46,238 nucleotides of DNA from a virus (IMGVR_UViG_3300030606_000015:1-46238), one strand, 5' to 3'; shown: positions 1 to 8,867, counted from the first letter of the stretch. Program-made: numbers and translations. Notes: generated by a model from the sequence alone, not told the origin.

Positions 1-1
1 G

Positions 2-52
2 AGCCTGGAAGGGCAGTTCTGCTATCGCTGTGAGGGCATGGTAAAGGCGTGA
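2..52 (+). CDS. 3' end of a gene truncated by the window edge (…SLEGQFCYRCEGMVKA*)
   Basis: Open frame with a CxxC motif ending in TGA at 50-52, immediately before the ATG at 53. Confidence 0.35.
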   Translation, partial: SLEGQFCYRCEGMVKA

Positions 53-700
53 ATGTTGACGATACCCCCCCCCATGCCGCTTTTGCACCAGCTCGTCGCC
101 GAGCAAATGCGCCACGAGCTGGCCAGCCGCCGCCTGGAGGTGGTATTGGTGCCGTCGCCGGTCGAATTCTGGCCCACAGACCAGCAGCGCCGCGTCGTCT
201 GCGAGCGCAATCCGGCCTGGTACCGACAGTTGTGCCAGCAGCACCCCAGCCGCCGGTCACGGCCGCGCCGCCGCCAGAAGCCAGACACCTGCATCAAACG
301 GCGGCACGTCCTGCGGGCACTGGGGGAAATCGAAGACGGCCGACTCGACACAGAGTACGCCCGGCGGGTTTATCCGTTTGTGGAAAAAGCAGCAGCGGAT
401 TACAAGGCCCAGTTTGCGCGCAAACGTGGCCAGTCGGCCAGCAGGAGCAGGCTTATGCTGACTGATTACGACCTGGTCCAGGAGTTGCCCGGCCAAAAGC
501 TGCACATGGTCCCCGGCAGCGCCCCGAGCGCCAATGGCCGTCCCGCCGATGTCGCCATCTGCGGCCGTCACAATCACCGTACCAACGCCTGGCAGCGGCC
601 GCTTTTGGTCGAGGCCAGCTGTATCTGCCGCAACTGCCTCCGGGTGAGAGAGGCCCGGCAAAAATCAAAAACAAAAAAGGAGCAACAACATGCAAATTAA
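53..700 (+). CDS. Hypothetical phage protein; possibly two genes (internal RBS and ATG at 455; C-terminal Cys-rich zinc-finger-like part)
   Basis: 215-aa ORF; AGGAG upstream of ATG 455; ICGR…CICRNC; stop overlaps the next start. Confidence 0.6.
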   Translation: MLTIPPPMPLLHQLVAEQMRHELASRRLEVVLVPSPVEFWPTDQQRRVVCERNPAWYRQLCQQHPSRRSRPRRRQKPDTCIKRRHVLRALGEIEDGRLDTEYARRVYPFVEKAAADYKAQFARKRGQSASRSRLMLTDYDLVQELPGQKLHMVPGSAPSANGRPADVAICGRHNHRTNAWQRPLLVEASCICRNCLRVREARQKSKTKKEQQHAN

Positions 701-1442
701 AGAAGTCAGTTTTGAGTTTGGCATGACACAGAATTTGGGTGATTACACCAACGCACGGCCGTCGGTCAAGCTGGTGGCGGAACTCACCGAGGATGACTAT
801 CTCGAACAGGCCCTGGCCGATCTGCAAAATATCGCACGCACGGCCGTTCACAACCTGGTCGATGATGAGCTGGAAGCAGCCGGCCGCACGGTCAAGTATT
901 ACCGTGGCGAACTCCACGAGGTCTATCACTCGGACATCCGCCAGTGCATTGTCATTGTACGCAGCGGCACCAAGCCGCCGCAGGAAAAGAACTGGAAACA
1001 CAGCGACCATTGGGGTAACTATATCCACAACGGCGATTTCCCCACTCGCATGCGGCCGCATACGGCGCGCCGGGCTGCCAGTGCCGAACAGCAAACAAGC
1101 GGCTGGCCAATATTCGATTGCACCGATGATGACTTCGGCATCCTTCCCCCACTACCAGACGCCGGTCCTGAGCCGGTCTGGTACCAAAGGGGCCTACGGC
1201 CGTATCTCAACAACGCGCGTATCGACGAGGCGCATTGGGAGGAGCTGGCCGTGCTGGAACACGTGACCGAGGAATATCTCGAAAAAGTGTACCGGGAAAA
1301 AGTCGGCTACGGCCGCAACTCGTTGCGCGGCGAGGAGCTGCTGGCCTTCATCCGTGAGAATCGGCCGTTTGAGGTGGAGCCGGAGCCAGAAGAAGACGAT
1401 TACGACGATGACTACGATGAGGATGACGACGACGAATTCTAA
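690..1442 (+). CDS. Hypothetical protein with very acidic C-terminal tail
   Basis: AAAAGGAG RBS; 250 aa ending EEDDYDDDYDEDDDDEF. Confidence 0.75.
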   Translation: MQIKEVSFEFGMTQNLGDYTNARPSVKLVAELTEDDYLEQALADLQNIARTAVHNLVDDELEAAGRTVKYYRGELHEVYHSDIRQCIVIVRSGTKPPQEKNWKHSDHWGNYIHNGDFPTRMRPHTARRAASAEQQTSGWPIFDCTDDDFGILPPLPDAGPEPVWYQRGLRPYLNNARIDEAHWEELAVLEHVTEEYLEKVYREKVGYGRNSLRGEELLAFIRENRPFEVEPEPEEDDYDDDYDEDDDDEF

Positions 1443-1497
1443 ACCGTCGCCGGCTGGACAGACGTTCGCGCGCGCGAACTCGGTAAAAGGAGCAACC

Positions 1498-1704
1498 ATG
1501 AAAACAACACAAGCTGCCGGCAATCTCTACGAAGTAGACGAAGCGGCCGTGAAACGCCTCAACGCTTTCATGGCCACCGCGCCGCGCCGCTTACGGCCGT
1601 TGCTCAGCGACGAAAAAATGACGGTGGTGGGCGATGGCAGCGGTCGTAAGAAGCGGCCGCAAAGGAAGAAGCAAGATGCACACAGCAACCAGCCCGTTTC
1701 CTAA
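1498..1704 (+). CDS. Small basic hypothetical protein
   Basis: AAAAGGAGCAACC-ATG; MKTTQAAGNLYEVDEAAVKRL…. Confidence 0.6.
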   Translation: MKTTQAAGNLYEVDEAAVKRLNAFMATAPRRLRPLLSDEKMTVVGDGSGRKKRPQRKKQDAHSNQPVS

Positions 1705-1865
1705 CAGCACCGCTGCCGCGCCGCGCGACCTGCGCGGCAGCAGCCCGGCCCTGGCCGGTGCCGGTAAATTTTACGAAGTCAAGCCCGAGGCGGCCGCCCG
1801 CCTGCGCCAGCACTGGCAGCAGCAGGCCACGGCCGCTGCTGAGAAAGAAGGAGCAACAAACATGA
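1676..1865 (+). CDS. Small hypothetical protein resembling 1498..1704; apparent frameshift near 1820-1830 fuses it to the next gene
   Basis: Shared GxxYEV…AA.RL motif; the +1 frame ends RPLLRKKEQQT* with an ATGA overlap at 1862-1865. Confidence 0.4.
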
Positions 1866-2546
1866 AACCGAAAAATAAAATCCTAAACGAGCTGCAAGCG
1901 CGCAGCCAGAACGGGCAAACGGCCCCCGCCGTCGCGGGGGTACCTGCCACCAGTCGCAAGGTCACGAAACTGGCCATCGACCCGGCCGAAACCTACCCGG
2001 CCAGCGCCATCGAGGCCGTCAGAAATGAGGCAGCCAAAGACGGCCGTCGTAATCTGCGCAACATCCTGACCGATGACGTGCTGGCCATCTGGCACGCGTG
2101 GAACAACAGCGGCAAAACGATGAACTGGATTGCCGAACACAACGGCCTGCTAGAGCTGAACGGCTCGCAGGTGGGCATATATTTACGCAAATACCGCGAG
2201 GGGTTGAGAGCGGCAGCACCGCCGACGCCAATGCCCCCCCCCAGTGCCCATCGAGGAGCCGGAGCCCACACCACCGGCACGGCCGCAAACGGCCGTTTCC
2301 CAACCCGATCCGGAACCAGCCCCCGAGCCGCTGCCCAAACCGGAGGTCGAAGCGCTGCAAACGGCCGTCGATCCCTTCGCGGTGGATAAGCCGGAAAACC
2401 TGCCAACCTTTTTTGACCGCGATTACCGGCCGCAGCGCCCCGGCCCCGGCGATGCGCTAGCAGCGCTGGCCTCGTTGGTGAATAGCGAGCAAATCAAAGT
2501 GCGCGGCAGCGTCGAGATGAATTTACGGATTGAGTTCGGAGACTGA
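1862..2546 (+). pseudogene. HTH-like protein with Pro/Glu linker, split by a frameshift in a C9 run (2234-2242)
   Basis: RBS and ATG at 1862; ORFs 1634..2389 and 2244..2546 join in frame if the run is C8 or C11. Confidence 0.6.
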
Positions 2547-2550
2547 TGGC

Positions 2551-3288
2551 ATGAGCAACGTATCCATGACACCCTGGCAGGTCAAAGCCGCCCGGCGCGC
2601 CGTCGCCGGCGGCGAATCCGTCAAATCGGTAGCCCGCCGCCTGCGTCTGAATTATGGTCCGGTTTATACGGCCGTTTTGGGCCAGACGTGGTCATCTATC
2701 ACCGACCCGCCACCGCTGGCCGTTGGCGATCTGCAACAGCGACGCAAACGGCCGTCGCGCACCTGCACCAACTGCGGCCATGGTTATCGCAAAGGCGGCA
2801 CCACCACCCGCTGCCAGGCGTGCTCGGCGCATTGGTACCGCCATGGCAGCGAGCGTGACCCGGCGCAGCTGTGCAAGTGGTCGCACGCCCGGATCGGCCG
2901 TAAGCAGCTGGCTGCCCTCTGGCAGCAGTACCAGGCCGGCATCTCGACCGACGATCTGGCCGAAACGCTGCCCTTCTCGGCCGAAACATTACGGCGCCGC
3001 TTTCATGATGCCGGTTTTGAGCTGCGCGGCAACGCTGGAACCAGACAAAAACTCACGCCCTCGCTGGCGCGCTGGGCACGGGAGCGAGTACATCTGGACA
3101 ATGTGCCGGTTTACAAAGTGGCCGAGGAGATCGGGGTGAACTACATGACAGTTTACAGCGCTGTGATGGGCCACACGTGGCGTTCGGCCGGTGGGCCGCT
3201 GCCAGAAATAGAAGGCGAAAAACGGCCGTGCAGCGTCTGCGAAATGCTGACGGGGCACGAAAGCGGCAAGTGCCGTTACTGCCGTTAG
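2551..3288 (+). CDS. Multi-HTH, zinc-ribbon DNA-binding protein
   Basis: Repeated HTH-like units (VKSVARRLRLNYGPVYTAVLGQTW; VYKVAEEIGVNYMTVYSAVMGHTW) and CxxC pairs (CTNC/CQAC; CSVC/CRYC). Confidence 0.7.
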   Translation: MSNVSMTPWQVKAARRAVAGGESVKSVARRLRLNYGPVYTAVLGQTWSSITDPPPLAVGDLQQRRKRPSRTCTNCGHGYRKGGTTTRCQACSAHWYRHGSERDPAQLCKWSHARIGRKQLAALWQQYQAGISTDDLAETLPFSAETLRRRFHDAGFELRGNAGTRQKLTPSLARWARERVHLDNVPVYKVAEEIGVNYMTVYSAVMGHTWRSAGGPLPEIEGEKRPCSVCEMLTGHESGKCRYCR

Positions 3289-3300
3289 AAATTTGTAAAC

Positions 3301-3331
3301 AAAAAGAGCTGGCCGCGAACACGGCCAGCTC
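3301..3331 (-). terminator. Hairpin with A-tract on the + strand (terminator oriented for antisense transcription)
   Basis: AAAAA-GAGCTGGCCG-cgaaca-CGGCCAGCTC. Confidence 0.5.
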
Positions 3332-3391
3332 ACCGGGAAAGGAGCAACCCAAACCCGGTACAAAAATTCTAGCACAAAAAAGGAGCAACAC

Positions 3392-3859
3392 ATGAAAAAC
3401 AACAGTAATCCCCTCAATACCGTGATTCTCGTCATCCTGGCGCTGATCGTCGCCGATATTTTCCTCAACGACGGCCGTGTCCTGGCCAGCATCGCCGCGA
3501 ATGCAGAGGACACAACGGCCGTCATCGATACGGCCGTCTACACCAGCGCCCCGGCCACCGTGACCTACCGGGAGCCCGAGCGGGCCACCTTGTCCGCGCC
3601 AACGGCCGTACCCCAACCAACCTATACGCCGCTGCCAACCTACACCCCCTACCCCAGTGCAAGCGCAGCGTCGCCCGTAAGCGCAGCGTCGCCCACGGCC
3701 GTGCCATTGGTACCTGATTACAATTTGCCGCCGATGGGGCCGTATTCACTCCAGGAGATCGATTTATGCGAGGCGATTATTCTGGCGGGAAATCTGGACA
3801 CGCTGCCGCTGCCACAGCGCGGGCTGTGTGAGCAGTACGTCGCCATGCGGAATAAATAG
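3392..3859 (+). CDS. Membrane-anchored or secreted protein with Pro/Thr-rich linker
   Basis: N-terminal hydrophobic helix; PTYTPLPTYTP repeats; two Cys near the C-terminus. Confidence 0.75.
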   Translation: MKNNSNPLNTVILVILALIVADIFLNDGRVLASIAANAEDTTAVIDTAVYTSAPATVTYREPERATLSAPTAVPQPTYTPLPTYTPYPSASAASPVSAASPTAVPLVPDYNLPPMGPYSLQEIDLCEAIILAGNLDTLPLPQRGLCEQYVAMRNK

Positions 3860-3869
3860 AGAGGTAGCT

Positions 3870-4637
3870 ATGATGGCATACGATCAGCAACCACAACCAG
3901 AGTACAACGAGACCAGCACCGAAATGAAACTCGCCGCGGCAGTGTTTACGGCCGTTACGGCGTGGGAGGTCGCCAACCAAATGACCACCATGCCCAGCAT
4001 GGCGGCGTGGGATTGGATCATCCTGTGGCGGTCGCTGGCAATCGGTCTATTCGCCGGTGGCGTGACCTACGCCGTGGCTCTGTTGGTCATCGCCATCGCC
4101 CCCGGCTTGCCCGCTCTGCTGCTGCAAAAAGCGGAGGATGTTACCGGGCTAGATTTAGATGGCAATCTTCGCTCTGAGCGCCAAACCCGGCGTGATTTAC
4201 CCACCGGTCAGCCGAAACGCGACCCCCGCCTGCGCGAGGGCCCGCATATCCAAACGCTACGTCTGGCGGAGGAGCCAGCTTTTGAGCAGCCAGAGTTGGC
4301 AGCTGACCCCGCACCAGAATGGCGGCAGCTGGTCGACAACATGGACTACGGCAACGGCCGTATGCTCATCAACGGTCAGTTGATCGAGCTGCCGGAAGGC
4401 TTCGATCTGGATTGGCTGTATACCGTGGCCGAAAAGCGCGCGGCGGGGCAGCTTGAAACAATTTCCCTGCGGGCGCTGGATGAGATTGGTATCAGCCGAT
4501 GGGGTAACGGCAGTAGTCCGGCCAATCTGACAATCTCCATTTTGGAGGAATCGGGCTGCCTGAAGGGCAGGGGGGCGAACCAACCTTATGATTGGACCGA
4601 TGGCGGCCGGCGGGCATTCCCCTCCCCCACTCATTAA
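3870..4637 (+). CDS. Membrane protein with C-terminal winged-helix (FtsK-gamma-like) domain
   Basis: GAGGT RBS; hydrophobic segments in the first ~100 aa; C-terminal ISLRALDEIGISRW…ILEESGCLKGRGANQPYDW resembles a wHTH. Confidence 0.55.
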   Translation: MMAYDQQPQPEYNETSTEMKLAAAVFTAVTAWEVANQMTTMPSMAAWDWIILWRSLAIGLFAGGVTYAVALLVIAIAPGLPALLLQKAEDVTGLDLDGNLRSERQTRRDLPTGQPKRDPRLREGPHIQTLRLAEEPAFEQPELAADPAPEWRQLVDNMDYGNGRMLINGQLIELPEGFDLDWLYTVAEKRAAGQLETISLRALDEIGISRWGNGSSPANLTISILEESGCLKGRGANQPYDWTDGGRRAFPSPTH

Positions 4638-4654
4638 CTTTTATCAACAGATTA

Positions 4655-4713
4655 GGCGCGGTGGTAGTCGAGTACCACCACCACCACCACCGCGCCACCA
4701 CCTAACACCACCA
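4655..4713. repeat. (ACC)6 microsatellite inside an 11-bp inverted repeat, intergenic
   Basis: GGCGCGGTGGT 4655-4665 and ACCACCGCGCC 4686-4696; ACC x6 at 4674-4691, with more CACCA units downstream. Confidence 0.75.
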
Positions 4714-4729
4714 CGAAGGAAGGTGCACG

Positions 4730-5428
4730 ATGACACGAAATTTTAGCCCGATTAGCAACATCCTGCTAATCGTGATCCACCTGGTAGTAATTTGGGCCCT
4801 GGCCACACTGTCTTACGGCTGGTCGCTCGATCAGACCGAGGCATTTGTAAGCGCCATAACCGGCGCGCAGTGGTCCCAGGCGGCCGCGCTGCTCATCCAA
4901 CTATCACCGCAGGCGCTGTTGGTAGCCGCCGGGATCTACACGATTCAAGGAAATTCACGCATGGCGCGCGGACTCATCATGAGCGCATTGGCCATCAATG
5001 CGCTAGACGCCTACACCAACATCGTGGCCTTCAACGAGTGGTGGCCCAGCCGGGCGGCTTCGCTGCTCGGGCAGGGCCGGTCGCCTGAATTTGTTAATGC
5101 TACCCGGCCCGTCGGGCAAATATTCGCCTTTCTGGTCACCTGGTTTGAGGAGGCAATTAGCCTGGCGCTGGGCAGTATGTTACAGCTGGTCGCCGACCAC
5201 ATGCAGGCGATGGGGCAACGCCCGCCGCGCTTTTTTCGTGCTGGGATTGTTGGGGCGGCCGGATTTGATTTCCGAGGCGTCAACAAGGCAGCCAAGAAAC
5301 AACAGCGCCAGACCAGTAATGGTCAGCAGCAACCACAGCACCAAACCGGCGTACCTCAGGCCGCGCAGCCACAGCAACGTAACCATCGAGTAAGGCAACC
5401 CAACGGCCGTCGGGGAGGGTGGAACTAA
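4730..5428 (+). CDS. Multi-pass membrane protein (about 4 TM) with Gln/Arg-rich tail
   Basis: Several hydrophobic helices followed by a low-complexity Q-rich C-terminus; GAAGG RBS. Confidence 0.75.
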   Translation: MTRNFSPISNILLIVIHLVVIWALATLSYGWSLDQTEAFVSAITGAQWSQAAALLIQLSPQALLVAAGIYTIQGNSRMARGLIMSALAINALDAYTNIVAFNEWWPSRAASLLGQGRSPEFVNATRPVGQIFAFLVTWFEEAISLALGSMLQLVADHMQAMGQRPPRFFRAGIVGAAGFDFRGVNKAAKKQQRQTSNGQQQPQHQTGVPQAAQPQQRNHRVRQPNGRRGGWN

Positions 5429-5961
5429 TGATCGGCCAGACCCTTGCCCTAATCCGCAATCTACTCCTGCCCAACACCCAACAAACCCCCGATCTCCGCC
5501 TGGTGCAGCAGGTGCAGCCGCTGGACATCTGCCTACCCGCCGCGCCCATTCACGCCCTGACCGGCCGCGAGGCCAGCCGGGGATTAACTGAAAATGACCG
5601 GGTGCTGATGGCCATAAAACTGGCCGGTCTCATCAGGACGCCGGTTAATCACCTCCAGGTCCTCGCCCGCTATCGGCGCGTCTTCTTGATCAGCTTCGAG
5701 CCGTGGGGTTGGATTGACCCGGTCATGCCGCTGACGGCCGTTCCACTCGGCCGTGAGCATGACAAAGCGTACGGCCGTCTGGCCGAATGGCTCCAGGCGT
5801 GGCAGTCGGATCAGGACAGCCACCACCATTGGTATGTCGAGGCCCGCCATTGGGCCACCAGGTGCGCGGCCTTTGCGGCGGCCGGGTTGCAGATGGATGA
5901 GGGGCAGTATTACGCCCAAGAACTCTTTCACTCAATTAGCCTGCCGGCACAGCGCCGGTAG
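5428..5961 (+). CDS. Hypothetical protein
   Basis: TAATG stop/start overlap; 177 aa. Confidence 0.6.
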   Translation: MIGQTLALIRNLLLPNTQQTPDLRLVQQVQPLDICLPAAPIHALTGREASRGLTENDRVLMAIKLAGLIRTPVNHLQVLARYRRVFLISFEPWGWIDPVMPLTAVPLGREHDKAYGRLAEWLQAWQSDQDSHHHWYVEARHWATRCAAFAAAGLQMDEGQYYAQELFHSISLPAQRR

Positions 5962-5975
5962 GTAGGAGTAATCAC

Positions 5976-6971
5976 ATGAACTTTGGAATCGATTTAGGAT
6001 TTGGCAACATCAAACTGTACGGCCCAGACGGCGGCATCGTCTTGCCCAGCCACGTGGCCACGGCCGGAAACGCCACCGTCGCCGACCTGGCGGGCATGGC
6101 CAGCGAGACCGCCCCACTGCAAATCACCCAGCTCGACCGCAGCTACTACGTTGGGGCCCGTGCCCACAGCTGGGGACGGCCAGTGGAAAATCTGGACTAT
6201 GACCGGCTCACCGGCAGCCCAGAGATCCACGCGTTGCTGGCCGGGGCCTTCACTCGGTACATGGAAGCATACGGCCGTATCGATACGGCCGTCACCCTCT
6301 TCGTCGGCCTGCCCCTGGAGCCACTCAGCGGTGACCCGGCCAACGTGCAGGCCACGGTTGCCGCCGCCCGCGCCTGGCTAACCGGTGTCCACAACTGGCG
6401 CGCCGATGGCGACGCACATTACACCGTAGACGTGCGCGAGGTCAAAATCACCAGCCAGCCCAGCGGCGCGCTGTTTGATTACCTCCTCGATGACAACGGC
6501 CGTTTCCACCCGGAGCGCGCCGCCCACATGAAACAAGAGGTCGGCATAGTCAGTGTTGGTTTCAACACCGTCGAGCGCCTGGCCGTCGTCAACGGCGCGC
6601 CGGTGCAGCGCTTCACGGCCGGTTCCACCTCTGGGGTTCGTCGTTTGCTGGAGCTGATGAATGACAAGGGGCTGTATTCGCTGGGTGAGCTGGATGGTCT
6701 ACTGCGCGCCGGCGCGCTCGACACCGCCCAGCTGCGCGGCCCGCTCGATGTCTGGAGCCGCGAGGTCAACGGCGAAATCGAGCGCACCTGGGGCAAACAG
6801 TGGCAGCGCTTCGTCCACATTGTCCTGGTCGGCGGCGGGGCGATGCTGCTCAACGGCCGTCTGCTGCCAAAATTCGCCGGCCTGGCCTCGATGCCCGATG
6901 ACCCGATCCTGGCCATTGCTCGCGGCCTGTACAAATTGGCGCTGCTGCAAGCGAGCCAGGGGAAGCGGTAG
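5976..6971 (+). CDS. parM: ParM/StbA-family actin-like ATPase
   Basis: Phosphate-1 GIDLGFGNIK, VGLP, connect-1 SQPSGA, phosphate-2 IVSVGFNT, adenosine VLVGGGA; AGGAG RBS. Confidence 0.88.
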   Translation: MNFGIDLGFGNIKLYGPDGGIVLPSHVATAGNATVADLAGMASETAPLQITQLDRSYYVGARAHSWGRPVENLDYDRLTGSPEIHALLAGAFTRYMEAYGRIDTAVTLFVGLPLEPLSGDPANVQATVAAARAWLTGVHNWRADGDAHYTVDVREVKITSQPSGALFDYLLDDNGRFHPERAAHMKQEVGIVSVGFNTVERLAVVNGAPVQRFTAGSTSGVRRLLELMNDKGLYSLGELDGLLRAGALDTAQLRGPLDVWSREVNGEIERTWGKQWQRFVHIVLVGGGAMLLNGRLLPKFAGLASMPDDPILAIARGLYKLALLQASQGKR

Positions 6972-6973
6972 TT

Positions 6974-7195
6974 ATGGCCCGGCCGTACTTCGATGGCGAA
7001 ATCTACCGCTACCGGGTGACCTTGTGCCTGCGCGAAGGCGAGCACGACGACCTGATCGCCGCCATGCAGCAGGTCGAGCCGGGCAGTCGGGCAGCCACGG
7101 TGATCACCATGATGCGCCAGGGCGTCCGAGAAACGGCCGTCTCGACCATCGACGAGGCAGCGGCAGCGGACGCTCTGGAGAATCTATTTTTTTAG
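6974..7195 (+). CDS. Small ParR-like adaptor/DNA-binding protein
   Basis: 73 aa directly after parM; beta-strand/helix pattern (YRVTLCLREGEHDDLIAAM); acidic-hydrophobic C-terminus (DALENLFF). Confidence 0.6.
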   Translation: MARPYFDGEIYRYRVTLCLREGEHDDLIAAMQQVEPGSRAATVITMMRQGVRETAVSTIDEAAAADALENLFF

Positions 7196-7203
7196 CAATT
7201 ACA

Positions 7204-7249
7204 TGGCGCAAATAACCGAACTACGGGCAAAACCGGGTTATTTGCGCCA
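7204..7249. repeat. Perfect 14-bp inverted repeat with 18-bp spacer (operator/centromere candidate or terminator)
   Basis: TGGCGCAAATAACC 7204-7217 and GGTTATTTGCGCCA 7236-7249. Confidence 0.8.
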
Positions 7250-7264
7250 ACTAATAAGGTGATT

Positions 7265-7819
7265 ATGAAAAGTAACAACTTCTTTCAATCCATCTGGGCC
7301 CTAGAAAACTTCCTGGTCCTGGACACCGAAACCACCGGCCTGAGCGGTGATGACGAAATCTTGCAGCTGGGCATTATCGACAAAAAAGGCCGGGTCGTAT
7401 TCGATCAACTCATACGGCCGGGGGGCAAGCGCGAATGGCCGGGGGCGCAGCGGGTGCATGGCATCACGCCGGAAATGGTGGCCGATTGTTTCCCGCTCTC
7501 TCATTTCGATGAGCTTTTTGAGATTCTGAATGGGCAGACGGTGCTGGTTTACAACGCGCCGTATGATTCGCGGATATTCCGGCAGTCGTTGGCGATTTGT
7601 GGCTGCGACTGGTATCCAGAAATCAAATGGGTGGATGCCATGCAGCCTTACGCCGAACATTGGGGAGCCTGGTCGAATTGGCACCAAAGCTACACCTGGC
7701 AGTCGCTCACCAACGCCTGCGCGCAGCAGGGCGTCGAGGTGCGCGAGGATGCGCATTCTGCCGTAGCTGACTGCCTGATGACGCTGGCTTTAATTGAGAA
7801 ATTGGCGACGGCTGAGTAA
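7265..7819 (+). CDS. DEDDh 3'-5' exonuclease (DnaQ-like)
   Basis: ExoI LDTETTG, VHGIT, ExoII YNAPYD, ExoIII HSAVAD. Confidence 0.92.
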   Translation: MKSNNFFQSIWALENFLVLDTETTGLSGDDEILQLGIIDKKGRVVFDQLIRPGGKREWPGAQRVHGITPEMVADCFPLSHFDELFEILNGQTVLVYNAPYDSRIFRQSLAICGCDWYPEIKWVDAMQPYAEHWGAWSNWHQSYTWQSLTNACAQQGVEVREDAHSAVADCLMTLALIEKLATAE

Positions 7820-7848
7820 CGGCCGTTCTTACCAAAGGAGCGAATGAG

Positions 7849-8181
7849 ATGACAACTGATGGATTTTGGGCAGTAGTGGAATTGATGGGGCACGTCAAAA
7901 TGGCGGGATTTGTCACCGAGGAGGAGCGGTTTGGTGCGAAGCTTGGCCGTATCGACATCCTCCAGGGTGACGAGGGTCAAGACCCCTTCACTCAGTATTT
8001 TGGCGGTAGTTCAGTGTACCGCATCACACCAACCACGGAGGAGTTGGCGCGGCAGATGGCGGTTGCCTGGCGCCCACGGCCGATCTCGGTCTACGATTTG
8101 AAAACGGTCCCCCAGTTGTCAGGGGTGAACCACGTCATGTTTGATGACGACGAGAAGCAATTCGACGACGACGAGTATTAA
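7849..8181 (+). CDS. Conserved phage hypothetical protein
   Basis: WAVVELMGH…AG…RID…FTQYFGGSSVYRITPTTEE, a pattern I recognise from phage early regions; AAAGGAG RBS. Confidence 0.75.
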   Translation: MTTDGFWAVVELMGHVKMAGFVTEEERFGAKLGRIDILQGDEGQDPFTQYFGGSSVYRITPTTEELARQMAVAWRPRPISVYDLKTVPQLSGVNHVMFDDDEKQFDDDEY

Positions 8182-8202
8182 CGAACCAAAAGGAGCGACA
8201 AA

Positions 8203-8442
8203 ATGAGCGAACCAAAACCAACCTACCAAACCGCCGCCCAAACATGCGAGCACAATGGAGCCTTAGTTATGGCGTCCCACGACAACTTTACGCTATTGCA
8301 ATGCGACTGGGGCTGCGGCTCCGTCCTGCTTGTAACCGACGCCACCGGCATCAGCCACCAGTTTACGGCCGCTGAGCTGCTGGCGATTGCCAAAGAGCGA
8401 CGCGAGCGGGAAACGGCCGTTTCCCAGGAGGTCCAAGTATGA
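8203..8442 (+). CDS. Small hypothetical protein (possible Zn-binding)
   Basis: AAAAGGAG RBS; CEH…CDWGC. Confidence 0.65.
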   Translation: MSEPKPTYQTAAQTCEHNGALVMASHDNFTLLQCDWGCGSVLLVTDATGISHQFTAAELLAIAKERRERETAVSQEVQV

Positions 8443-8867
8443 AAGCATTAAGCATCCGCCAGCCCTGGGCCTGGCTTGTCGCCGAAGGTCACAAGGACAT
8501 CGAGAATCGAGATTGGGCGACCAGCTTTCGCGGCCGCACCCTGATCCATGCGGGCAAAACCATGCGTATGGCTAACTATCGGGCAGCGGTCGAATTTGCC
8601 GCAACGCTAGGTGTGACAATTCCCCATGCTCAGGAGTTGCACCGTGGCGGCATCGTCGGCGTAGCGACAATGATCGACTGTGTACATCATTCGCGCAGCC
8701 CGTGGTTTTTCGGCAAATACGGCTTTGTTCTGGACGAGCAAATGCCGCTGCCGTTCACGCCGTGCCCCGGTCAGCTTGGCTTCTTTGAAATAGAACGAGA
8801 AATATCCCAGCAGCTGCGTCAATGGTGGATCAGCCAAACGGCCGTTTCCCAAGAGGCCTCCACGTGA
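8439..8867 (+). CDS. ASCH domain protein
   Basis: KALSIRQPWAWLVAEGHKDIENR…RG..LIHAG…GGIVG…PCPGQLGFF. Confidence 0.92.
   Translation: MKALSIRQPWAWLVAEGHKDIENRDWATSFRGRTLIHAGKTMRMANYRAAVEFAATLGVTIPHAQELHRGGIVGVATMIDCVHHSRSPWFFGKYGFVLDEQMPLPFTPCPGQLGFFEIEREISQQLRQWWISQTAVSQEAST

Noticed and set aside
3661-3694. 18-bp tandem duplication AAGCGCAGCGTCGCCC
   Set aside because: In-frame duplication in a low-complexity linker (SAASP twice); unremarkable.
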